A DNA stretch of 60,436 nt, filler included, from Sphacelaria rigidula (Eukaryota): NCBI GenBank assembly GCA_964200075.2. It is 7 parts of 7 records of this genome, joined end to end, with 100 filler letters (N's around TTAATTAATTAA, not from the genome) between each part and the next. Parts side by side here need not be neighbours in the genome. Positions count along the whole stretch, not along the records: positions 8,650 to 17,197 come from CAXNAA020010813.1; positions 17,298 to 25,845 come from CAXNAA020010814.1; 5 more parts are not named here. One strand, written 5' to 3'. The notes under the pieces were generated by a model, which saw only the letters and a program-made list of their open reading frames with translations, was not told the DNA's origin and did no database searches. Positions 12,503 to 23,400 of this stretch are shown in pieces (the first letter of the stretch is position 1; each line of letters opens with the position of its first letter). The position numbers and the translations under genes are program-made.

Positions 12503-15416
12503 GGTTGTGCCGTCCGTCATCGCCTACCATCAGCCACACATTCAAGAACGGGACATCAACGTCACGTACTGATCACCCTGCACACCACGCACTACCATAT
12601 ACACTATCCTACCTCGCAACACGTATTATACGAGCATGCGCCAACCAACGAGGTAGGGGGACAAAGGCCATCAGAAACACCCAAGAACGCGTGAACACCC
12701 CACTTTCTCCCAAAACGGACTGCACCAAATTTGTGGTCACCTCCTCCTCCGCAACCACCTAAACTAAAATCGTAATGATATCTGCACAACCACACTGCAA
12801 GACGACATTCAAAAGTCCTCTTGCCAGCTTGTCTCTCCGACTTTATTCCCAAGGAGCCAACCGTCACTACCGTCACCATCATCTGCTTGGAGGTCTCTCC
12901 TCGATATTTGCGGAAAACAACACACATACTGATACACACACTTACACAGACACACACACTTCTTCACTTCAAGATACGACGTGATTCATCCCCCGTCATA
13001 GAGGTACGCCACCCCAGCAACCGTGGGTAGCATCAGCTGGCCACCTAGCACGTATAGTATTGTTTCACTAATCACAATCTTTGCCCATACTGCGTCCCAC
13101 TTTCCAGTCAAATAAAACTGGGAAGAAAAAACACAGAGACCATCAAACACACTCACACACACACCTCACACACACACCTCACGCATACATTACCCACTCA
13201 CACCCCTAACCTTTCGTTTATTCATTCATAAGGCACATAGTCTTCACATCTATCCAAAACAAATGTTTCACCAACCAACCGAGCCCGTCCCCATGCATGC
13301 CAAAATGCTAGCTGAAAACCCTGCGTTGACACCAAAGTGAGCAGGACATCGCTTTCCTACAGTATTCTTTACACCATGCTGTCATAGCGTTGTGTACTCT
13401 TCCTCTTTTTCCTTTTTCAGACTTTCCAACCCCTCCTCTTCTTTCTCGGGAGGAGTCCGTACTCTCAAGGAACTTACACATCTCTCCTCCGATACGTATG
13501 TTTTGTGACAATGTGTACATATATTCTGTCGCGTATCAACGACAGACACTCTCTGCTGTCCCTAATACATCACCCCTGTTAGAAACCCTGCCGCAGGCGT
13601 TTCCTCCACTCTACCCTCCACTCGATTCCGCCCACAGAAAACACCCAAAAGTTCGTCCAAGTGATGTGCGTCTCAAACACAACGTGCGTAGGGCACGGGA
13701 GGGGGGGGGAGAGGGGCGGGCGGGGGGGGCAAGCAATGCCTGCATGTATCATCAGTGACGACATCAACCAAACGCCGACAATTTGATAAATGTATAAATC
13801 AAAGCTCAGGTCAACGGCGTTTTGGGCGGGATTCCCACCGGAAAAAAAACGAACGAACACGCAAACACACCACAGTGTATGGACAATAACAGAAAGCACT
13901 ACAGTACGTTCGTTACAAACCTATCGTCGGGCGCAAGCCCCGTCTCCCGCGACACCCTCAACACTCGCGTGTCTCCAGCGACGATGCTTTATTCCCCGAG
14001 TCAATCACCCATCACAATACTCGTGTCGCCCGCCCACCGGGGATAGGTGCTGCGCGTTCTTGAACTCTTTTCACATGAAAACAAAGGCTACTTCCACTGT
14101 TTTGCCCGAAGAGCGAGCACCTGAAAACACCCTCCCCCATGGTCGCCGCGGCTATACGGCTCGTACTTCATGCTTCGCGCCCTCCCAACGACGGCCGGCC
14201 CACCGAACCACACGCCGTGTCCCAACCACAGCACAATGATATCCGTGACATCATGAACAATCGCGGCACCCCAAAACAGTCCGCCTCAACACTGCCCAAC
14301 CAGTCCAGCGAACGTGTCGGGGAGCGCACATGGCCGCGAGAAGATCCAATTGAAATGCTCTCCTTTCAACTGTGAACCCTGAATCCACGGTGTTACTAAC
14401 CGCTACAACTATTTTCCCACATTACCGCACTCAGCTACTCAGCCCTACCGCTGCTTAGCGGAGCCCCCCCACCCGCCCCTCCTCAGCCCCTCCCTCTCCA
14501 ATCTCCACGGGACAATGCCACGTACAAAACAACTGGAGAACTGGACCTTTTCACGGTACAATGGAGTCTCGCCTTCTGGCACCACGATCCTTTCCTTGGT
14601 CAGTATACGCGTACGATGAGGGAGTAAAATTTCACGCTCAAGGTATCTGACATCGAACCCGATATACGGTTCCAAAAAGACACCAGAGAATATCGCACGT
14701 GCGGAACGCCCACACAGCCCCTTCTCGGCACGACCTCAAGTACATGGTACACGACAAACAACACAAGGGGGCTTTCTTTACAAGTAGTCGTACACACCTC
14801 AACAAAGCCATGTTCTTCCCGCCCGGGTCTTCTGCATACCCTGACTAGGTTCCCATCCTCCTCTTTCTCACCGCCTCTCTCTCACTCGAATTCCCCAGCA
14901 ACAATCACGAAACCGCGTAGCATGAGGAGTACAAATATATTTTCTACTTTCTTGCGCATTGTATATATTTCAGTTCTCTCACGTGCCCACCCACCTCTCT
15001 GCTTTTCCATCGACCCGACCGCCCCCCACAATAATCACAGAACCGGGAAACATGAGCATACAACGCCTTCCTCACGCACACTCGCTCGTTCCCACTCGAC
15101 TCTCCCGACCACGGAAGTCGAGAATGCATGTGATCCCCTCGCGTATACATACCTGCATACATCTCAACTACCTGTCTTTTCACATTCCTTCTCGTACACT
15201 GACGGTGCTTAAGCCCCCCTCACTCTGATCCTTTGGCCCTCCTTATTCTGACGGTGCTTTCGCCCCCCTCACTCTAACTCTTCAGGCCCCCCTCACTCTC
15301 CTCCTCAACCGCCTCCCTCCGTGCCTGTGCTTCCCCGTCCCCCACCCGACTTTCCTCGTAACGATCGCGAAGCTGCGGACGCCCTCCACCGAGGAACCGG
15401 GGTCCGGCGCGAGGAT

Positions 15417-15948
15417 TCAGAAGAGTCGAAACACGCGTAGAGCCAATCTGGGAATCGGCCAACCCATCCGATTGGGCAAGAGGATGACGTCGTACATCAG
15501 GTCTCGACCCACCACCGGCACGCACCGTACCCGCCAGTACAGCTTGCGGAACACCCACCGAGTCCCGCGACTCAGCCGGGGGGCCAACCACACCGTGGAC
15601 GCCGTGGAAAAGACGCCAAGCACGAACCCGAATGCCGTCACGAAGCCGCAAGGGAAACACAACGACACCAGCTGGCCGAAGCAGAAGCTGGCAGCCAAGA
15701 GCCAGAAGAGGAACGACGCCAGAAGCAGGGCCGCCACTAGGAGGGTGCTTGCGGCCGGCCCCAGCGTGTCTGCTACCTCGACTAGGCTGACCAGGATGGT
15801 AACCGACTGTCTCCAGGAGAGGTTCGTCCTGGCCATTGACCGTTGAACTAGGGCGAGTGCACCTTGCACCCAGGTCAAGACTCCCGCTCTGTCTTGCCAC
15901 GTCACCTCCGTGAGCGAATGCAGGTGGAGCTCCTGGGCAAGATTGAAT
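15417..15948 (-). CDS. Probable terminal exon encoding a multi-pass membrane segment
   Basis: A C-rich tract and CTGCAG acceptor (AG at 15950-15949) precede a GC-rich open frame of about 176 codons. It contains hydrophobic stretches (LLVAALLLASFLFWLLAASFCFG; FVTAFGFVLGVF). Confidence 0.45.
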
Positions 15949-16546
15949 CTGCAGGGTGTCATAGAGTTTGCAGGCGGACATATATGGCGGGGGGGGGGGG
16001 GGGGGGGGGGGAGGCAATCGCGATTGGGGTGTGTTTGGGGACTGGATGTTGTGTTGAGCACGAAGCACAAGCACTTGAAACATGTTCTGTATGGAGCTCA
16101 AAATAATCGATCACTGTTGTGACTGCCTGGACCTTGGTTTTCTTCTTCACTGCACATGATGTTCTTATTGGGCATCCCATGGAAACACACCAACAGAGAG
16201 GGTGATTCCGCCCCCGTTTCCTCTCACGTCGAGAACAAAGGAAGCGGAGGTTCTCCTCAATAGCTGCTTCAGTCAAGGGGGGCGAAAGTCAACGACACCT
16301 CAAAAGTACGTGATCGGGCTGTTGTCCGAAGAATAGTGCTTTCGAAGAAAGAAAAACGAGCTCTAGAGGACGGTCATGATGTGCTGTATGCTGGCCTCCA
16401 TGTCACCAGCTTCCGCGAGAATCGTGCAGGTTGTCCTTGCGTGTTAGGCATAACGAAACATTCAGAAATCCGAAGGGACACTGTTGTCGTACTTCGGCTC
16501 AGTAGATTGTGGTCTCCCAATATTTCAAGTTTTCAGTAATATAGGG

Positions 16547-16801
16547 GACACTTTCTACGATAGCCCCCACCCCGAAAACCAGCCCAAAACTGTCACGAAG
16601 AAAGTGGTCAGACGGCGTATCATGTTTGGTGTCAGGCTGCATGAAGCGGCTCATATGAGCGATATTGGCGAAAACGAACCGGCCAATGGGATTTCCCAGC
16701 TTCTCCTTGTCCTCGGCTTTCTTCATTTTGTTTATAGGTAGATTTTTGCCTCCCCAAACCGGTCACTTTGTTTTTGAGGGGGGGCTATGGTAGAAAATGT
16801 C
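16547..16801. mobile_element. About 255-bp non-autonomous element with terminal inverted repeats (MITE, or possibly a solo LTR)
   Basis: Left end GACACTTTCTACGATAGCCCCC; reverse complement of right end GACATTTTCTACCATAGCCCCC. Diverged second copy at 45586-45823 and an isolated terminus at 25764-25790. Confidence 0.8.
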
Positions 16802-17197
16802 AGGGGCTGTGTATCAGGATTCAAAATAGTTCTGAAATGATATACGATAGGATCGGTATATATGTATATATATACCGCCGTGATCCTGTGATGTGATTTG
16901 TACACCTCATACCAATAGATCGAAACAGTGCGGGGTCGATTCACGGAGAATGTAGTTGGGTTCATCATGGAAGCGTATCTGGGTTCCCGTCGGTGAGTAC
17001 GTAAAATGTGAGAAGTAAAAGGAGTTTATTTGACGAGACTACGCGATGCGTGAGTGCTCATCCAACCTGAGACACCGAATTTCAAGGTGTGTATCGGGGG
17101 AGATATAGGCGAAGGGGTCATGGGCTCGTGCCGAGGGGGGGGGGGGGGTGACGGAAATTTTTGGTGTAGTCCCCCCCCAAAAAACCCAGGAAAAAGT

Positions 17198-17297
17198 NNN
17201 NNNNNNNNNNNNNNNNNNNNNNNNNNNNNNNNNNNNNNNNNTTAATTAATTAANNNNNNNNNNNNNNNNNNNNNNNNNNNNNNNNNNNNNNNNNNNN
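17198..17297. other. Artificial contig linker
   Basis: N44-TTAATTAATTAA-N44. Confidence 0.98.
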
Positions 17298-17588
17298 TGT
17301 TCGACATCCACCTCGCGTGGGCCTCTCCCCTTACTCTGATAGCCTCTTTCACTTCGTCATCCCACCATTGCTGCGCCGGGGGGGGTCTATACCCCCATTC
17401 CGTCGGTTCTGACGAGACCCATGTTGGCTGATGAAAAAAACAGAGGGGGTGAATCCATCCCCGGCACAGCGGCTGCTGTAGCTAGAGTTTGAAAAGGGCA
17501 CGCGACTTGCGTCGAGCGGTCAAATCCTGCAAGTAGTCCGTCCTGCCTGAACGGTCAGGACACAGACGGAGACGAGACCCTCGCTTGG

Positions 17589-18773
17589 GTGTTGCATAAT
17601 GCTGAACTCCGTGCGGCGGCTCGTAGGAGGAGACAGTTACCAGCGACAATAAAGAAGGATGAAGCCCTGGCTGAACGGCTTTCTAAAATTCCAGCTGTTG
17701 AAACGGCTCGGGTAGCCAACCCCGCTGAGCCTGTCCCAGGAGTGAAACAGGAGGCTGACAGAGAGTGGTCACATGCGCAGGCGGTGAAGTCAACACCCGC
17801 TGCAGCCAGCAAACCAACTCCTGTGTTTTTGCCTCCAACGGTTGCGTTACCCGAATTCCTGGCTCATACTGCAAGACGCGAGTGGCGTGCAGGCAGACGC
17901 AAATTCCGTGCGGCTAGAGGTGGCGGGAGAACTGGCGCGGGGTCGGAAGGATCTTTAACACGGGACCGCCGAGGTCAAAGTCGGGCGCACCCTTGTGAGA
18001 GTGGCTTTTATAAATCAAGGTACGACTCGGAAAAAGCTGGTGTCATGGGTTTGTTGGTAAATTTTGCGGTGGAACCGGAAACCACGTTTGCAACTTATTC
18101 ATTTGAGTTGAGACTGTTGGTGGCGAACGTGCAAAGTGTTGGTCGAGAATTGGCCCCGGGAAATGGCTCCATCCAGTCAGCGGTGAAATATGGTATTGAT
18201 GATCCATTCCCCAATATTAGTGCACAGGCTTTTACGGGCAGACACCATCAACCTCTCCCCTTCAATGATGTTGAACAAATGATGAACGCCCTTCGAAATT
18301 TTGACACAAACACCTCGTTGGCTATAGCAGCTGAGCGTTTCGGCACAGGTAGCGTCGGTGGTGTAACAACCAGGGCCAGACACGTTGCCAAAGCGTTGCA
18401 TAGCAAAACGTCTGGGGGAGTCATGGGCATTGACGAGGTGTACCAAGAGGAAGACACAGAAGCGCAGCATGTAAACTCAGTCGGTCAGAAAAATAACCAC
18501 CGTTTCGGGAGAAAGGGTAGAGATCCTCCCTTTCATGAATTATTTCACTCTCGTGAAGCAAAAGACGCAGCGCGTAAAACATTCGGTCCTTTCTGTGTCA
18601 ATTGCGGTAGCTCGGAACACCTTCTAGCCCGAGACTGTCCGCAAGAATTCATTAACAAATCAGGCATTATTCACCATGAAATCGGGGAAGGGTCCCCACA
18701 AGAAATTTCTGGAAAATGGCGACGATGGCAGCACCACCTGTGTGCGTACCATCGTAATAGAAACAAACCTTGA
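17589..18773 (+). CDS. gag: Gag-like ORF with zinc knuckle
   Basis: 394-aa ORF upstream of the protease, with a CCHC-like knuckle near its C-terminus. Confidence 0.75.
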   Translation: MLHNAELRAAARRRRQLPATIKKDEALAERLSKIPAVETARVANPAEPVPGVKQEADREWSHAQAVKSTPAAASKPTPVFLPPTVALPEFLAHTARREWRAGRRKFRAARGGGRTGAGSEGSLTRDRRGQSRAHPCESGFYKSRYDSEKAGVMGLLVNFAVEPETTFATYSFELRLLVANVQSVGRELAPGNGSIQSAVKYGIDDPFPNISAQAFTGRHHQPLPFNDVEQMMNALRNFDTNTSLAIAAERFGTGSVGGVTTRARHVAKALHSKTSGGVMGIDEVYQEEDTEAQHVNSVGQKNNHRFGRKGRDPPFHELFHSREAKDAARKTFGPFCVNCGSSEHLLARDCPQEFINKSGIIHHEIGEGSPQEISGKWRRWQHHLCAYHRNRNKP

Positions 18774-20423
18774 AGGTGTAACGATGAAAATCGGGCCAGC
18801 TCATCGATAGCACTTCAGCCCGTATTAAGTATTGGAGGACCTGACCCTCTCGCAAAACCTGCGAATAAAAACGTCGACACTGGGTCTAGTCCGCTCAGTC
18901 CAACTGGCTCGTCCTTGCATGGGGAGACTACTAGTTGGGGGGACGAGGGGAAAACGTTCCCACCGGGTAAGAATTGTGGTGCCGATGGAACACTGAAATC
19001 CAACGTAAGGACTGATCATCCGAGGGAAGGAAATTCGAAGGTTGGAAAGACATCACAATCCTGTACAGATCAGAGTGTCAGCCAGTCTGTAGGCACTTTG
19101 ATGCAGACGGGTGCAAGTGGGGCCTTAGCGTGGAAATCTTGGAAGACATTTCAGTCTGGCCGTCGGAATAGTGCATCGGCTGGGGGTCGCTCCCCTAGTT
19201 GCGCACAAATTCTAAGCGATATTTCATGTGAAAGTAAAACATCGAGTGCAAAGGCAGGCGACCGAGATGAATCATTCGAACCGTCGGTTGTAGCTAGGGT
19301 TTTGGATGGACCCGATGCGATTGTACAGTCGCAGAGTAATGAGCACTCAGTAGGAAACGTAAGCATCCAGGGTGAGGCAGGTGAACCGCGTGATCGAGTT
19401 AGCACTGAACGTGGCCCTCGATACCCATTTGGACCGGGGAACACACGCAGAGATCGTACCGCCGTATGTTCTACCGCGCGAGACAAAACGACTCGCATCG
19501 GCAGGAACAACAGTAATAGCAGGAACCTGGTTGGTCGAAGTGACATTACTCCCGCTGAAACTAAATCTTCGACAACTCACGGCAAGTCTGCCCGCAGCAG
19601 CCGGGATAATAGTAATGCTCCGGTAGGGGAACAAGCGAATTGTCCCGCCGAGATTTCCACTGTGCATGAAGAGACAAAACGCACCAGTTCGACAATCAGT
19701 AGCATTGAAGTGAGTGAAGGTGAAATTCCTCCGACCAGAGATCACGATGTTCGTAGCTCAACAGGTCACGATAGTCGGAGCAACAGTAATGAGAATCAGG
19801 GGCGATCAAGATTAGCTGGTCCTACCCTCGATCTGGCAACCGTACACGAAAGTGGACCGTCTGACAACGGTAACGATGTGCAGGCATGCATGGCTATTGA
19901 TTTCCCCGAGAGAACCGTTCGAGAATCCCAGGATATTTCACGACAAACAGATCGTGATCAATGTTCGTGTTACATAGTGCGTAGGGTAGCTGTAGAAAGA
20001 GGTAACGGACCAAGGGGGACTCCAGCAGAAAGTATTTATGCATTGGACCCCAGAACTGGCAGTCGTTTGCCTACCGGACCACTCTCCGCCCGCGTACCAG
20101 CGGCAATATCTAGTCAGCTAGCGCGAGAAAAGAAAGGTCGGTACTTGGAAGAAATTGACCAAGTAAGGGAAGGGGAAGTGAGTTTGAACCGCAAAGAAAG
20201 TTCGACGTTGGCGCAAATATTCTCTAGCTCAAAGACAACTAGACCATTGGAGGTAAAGGCTTTGGTGGACACAGGGAGCCCGGCGATGTTTATTCATTAC
20301 TCAACATGGAAAAAAATGGTTAATGTTGGGGCAGCCGCTATTGAAGGCGTCCGAGAGATAGACCCGGTATCCTGGGTGGTTTTAATGTTGTCCCGTTGTG
20401 TACCTCTTTACAGGTGCGGTTGA
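18774..20423 (+). CDS. Long Ser/Thr/Arg-rich spacer followed by a retroviral-type aspartic protease
   Basis: Open and in frame with gag from the TGA at 18771-18773 onward. KALVDTGSPAMFI near 20260-20295. Confidence 0.7.
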   Translation, partial: RCNDENRASSSIALQPVLSIGGPDPLAKPANKNVDTGSSPLSPTGSSLHGETTSWGDEGKTFPPGKNCGADGTLKSNVRTDHPREGNSKVGKTSQSCTDQSVSQSVGTLMQTGASGALAWKSWKTFQSGRRNSASAGGRSPSCAQILSDISCESKTSSAKAGDRDESFEPSVVARVLDGPDAIVQSQSNEHSVGNVSIQGEAGEPRDRVSTERGPRYPFGPGNTRRDRTAVCSTARDKTTRIGRNNSNSRNLVGRSDITPAETKSSTTHGKSARSSRDNSNAPVGEQANCPAEISTVHEETKRTSSTISSIEVSEGEIPPTRDHDVRSSTGHDSRSNSNENQGRSRLAGPTLDLATVHESGPSDNGNDVQACMAIDFPERTVRESQDISRQTDRDQCSCYIVRRVAVERGNGPRGTPAESIYALDPRTGSRLPTGPLSARVPAAISSQLAREKKGRYLEEIDQVREGEVSLNRKESSTLAQIFSSSKTTRPLEVKALVDTGSPAMFIHYSTWKKMVNVGAAAIEGVREIDPVSWVVLMLSRCVPLYRCG

Positions 20424-23400
20424 ATATCAGACTGTGGCCTAAAACACCCAACCCACGAATGTCAGTTCAGAACGGACGAGCATGTTTCGGAATTTACGCC
20501 CATGTTGTACCTGACGGAACAATGAATTACGACGTTCTAGTAGGGTGTGATGGCCTTGGATTATTTCCGATCAGAACGTATCGTGATGTGAACCGACGAG
20601 AAACAGTCATGACCTTGCAAGGAAATAACATTAACTCTGTTAATCGTGTGCTTGCGGAACGAGTGCGCAATGCTGTTGGTTTCGTTGAACCGAAATCTTC
20701 AACAGCTCAGGTTACAGTACTGTACAATAGGTCTCATGATATGATACGACCTGATACATTGTCATGAATTCCTGTCAAACTATGTAACACGGACGGAACG
20801 CCCACTGAAAGTGGCTGTTATTATGCACCTCTGGATCCAGAATGGTCTCTACATGAGATTATCGTAGAAGCAGGTGAACCCATTATCTCTCTCCGTTATA
20901 CCGGTAGAGAAGGACATATGTTGCATCCAAACATCACTCTAGGTTCAGCGGGGGCACCTTTGGTACCATGCTCTCTAGAAGACGTTAAGATTTCTGAAAC
21001 AAAGAATCTAAAACCAAAATTCAGAAATTTAGAGAAACCTGCGGTTATGGCAAGTTTAACAAATGAACAACAACGAGCATTCAAAGATATGTGGGTGAAG
21101 CTTCCCGTACATATGCGAAAAATGAAGTTCGGGCTGGAAGGCGCACATTGGCCAGTTGAGGACATTAAAAATATGGGGGAACTTTCGTGCAAATATTCAC
21201 ATCGATTTTCAAAGGACAAGATGGATTTGGGGTATTGCACGGTGGATCCGTTTAGAATTGAACTCAAACCCGGGACAAGGCCTGTCAAACAGCATCCATA
21301 TCATCACAACCCGGCGGTTCAAAAGAAGGTACAAGTGGAAATTGACCACATGCTCGCAGCAGGCATTTTACGGAGATCATATTCCAACTGGAGGAGTCCG
21401 CTCGTGGTTGTGAACAAAGCGGATGGGTCCATTCGAATTACGTGCAACTACAAGAAGCTGAATGACAGTACAAAAATTCCGGTGCTGCCCATTCCGATAA
21501 TTGAGGAACTTTTGGATAAATTAGGGGGTGCCAAAATATTTTCATGTTTGGACATCACCTCGGGTTACTTTAATGTGGCTATACATCAAGACTCAATCCC
21601 GCTAACGGCGATTTGTACGCAGAGTGGTCTCTATGAATGATTAGTTATGCCGATGGGGTGCAGTGGAAGTCCAGGTTGGTTTCAGGCAATCATGGCGAGA
21701 ATATGTGATGGGTTGGAACGAGTCCGTCTATATATTGATGATGTATGTACTTTATGCGGAACAGGTAGACAACATGTAGATGACTTGGAGGGTCTTTTTC
21801 AACGATTGACCAAGTACAACCTCAAGTTGGCACCGAAAAAAGCACATGTTGGGATGAAAGCAACAAAAGTTCTGGGACATCATATATCGGCTGAGGAAAT
21901 TTCTCCTGATCAGGACAAGGTGCGGGCTTTTAATCAAGATGCCAATGCCAGCCGACGTATCTCAGCTCAGATCGCGTCTGGGAGGTTTAGGGTACTACCG
22001 TAAATTTATTCCTCGAATGGCTGCGAGACTCAAACCTCTCACGCAATTGTTGAAGAAGGGGGTTAGGTTTCAGTTTACTCAAGAACACGAAACGATAGCC
22101 AAGGAGATGTTATCATCCTTGACCGGTACGAACGTTTTAGCATTTCCGAACTATGAAGATGTAGCGTTGGGAAAACGCCCATTTATGCTCACCACGGATG
22201 CATCTCTAGATGGTCTGGGCGCGGTGGTGGAACAACGCCAAGAGGATAACACGGTTCGACCTCTGATTGTTCTTAGTCGAGGAGCGCTCCCCAACGAAAG
22301 AAATTGGAGTGTGTCCGAATTAGAGGCAGCGGCTATCGTGTGGACCTTCGAAAAGAACAGATGACTATTCTACGGAGTGCCGTTTGAAATCTATACGGAT
22401 CACCAACCTTTGCGAAATTTATTGAGCCTTGCAGAAAAGGTTCCGAGAGTTCAGCGCTGGCACGACTTTCCAAGTGCGTACACTTATGAAATTAAGTACA
22501 AGCCAGGACGCGTGAACGCGAATACGGATATGTTGTCTCGTTTACCACAGCCGCCGGATGATAATGATGTATGACTGGGGATGCCCGAATAACGCACCCG
22601 GGAGACATGGATGTCTATTGTATTGGCGCTGGTGGAATATGGCCGAGAATTATCAAAAACTCGACCAGGGGTGGACATGTAGGGTCGGTAGTCAGTACCC
22701 ACGATCCAAACTTGAATGGGCTAGACCCTGGATCGGTTTTAAAAATTGGGGAAAAAAAAGTAAGTGCAGTACCGCTCACGACCTCTGAAAAAGCTGACCT
22801 AAAATGGATCGAGCTACAAAGAGCGAGGAATAGTATTCGTGCACGGGTGGAATGTGGAAAAGTGAACAAGTCTTCGTACGTGGTACAGGATGATACACCA
22901 TTAATTTCTCCACAGATTGTTGACATGATCAGAGGGCAATGGGAACAAGGATTGACTTTGGATGTATGTCCGATCACGGGAGTTTGGAGAAGACTGCTAC
23001 AACCTCCAGAACATAGAGCCGTGTTAGTCATTGAGCCCGTGACCAATGAAGGAAGTAGTAGTGCGGGGCCATCAACAACAGTACCACCGATTCTGGAAAC
23101 AGAAGGAGTCTGTCATTTTGGGGAACGGTTATGTCAGAAATCGGCAAACGATTGGGCGCGAATACAGCAGGAAGATCTCGCGTCGAAAACAGTCATCGAA
23201 TATTTGAAAAAAACGAGTGACGGTGTTGACGAGGGATCAGGGAAAAGGGGGCTCCCACACGAATTGACCTATCCGAGTTCAAAAGATTACTGAAACAGGG
23301 AACACGTGTAGAAATATCGGACGGACGTTTAATATTAGTAAAAAAGCAGGCACCAATGCCCAGTCAACTGGACCGAAACCCGGGACAATTTGAGAGGTGT

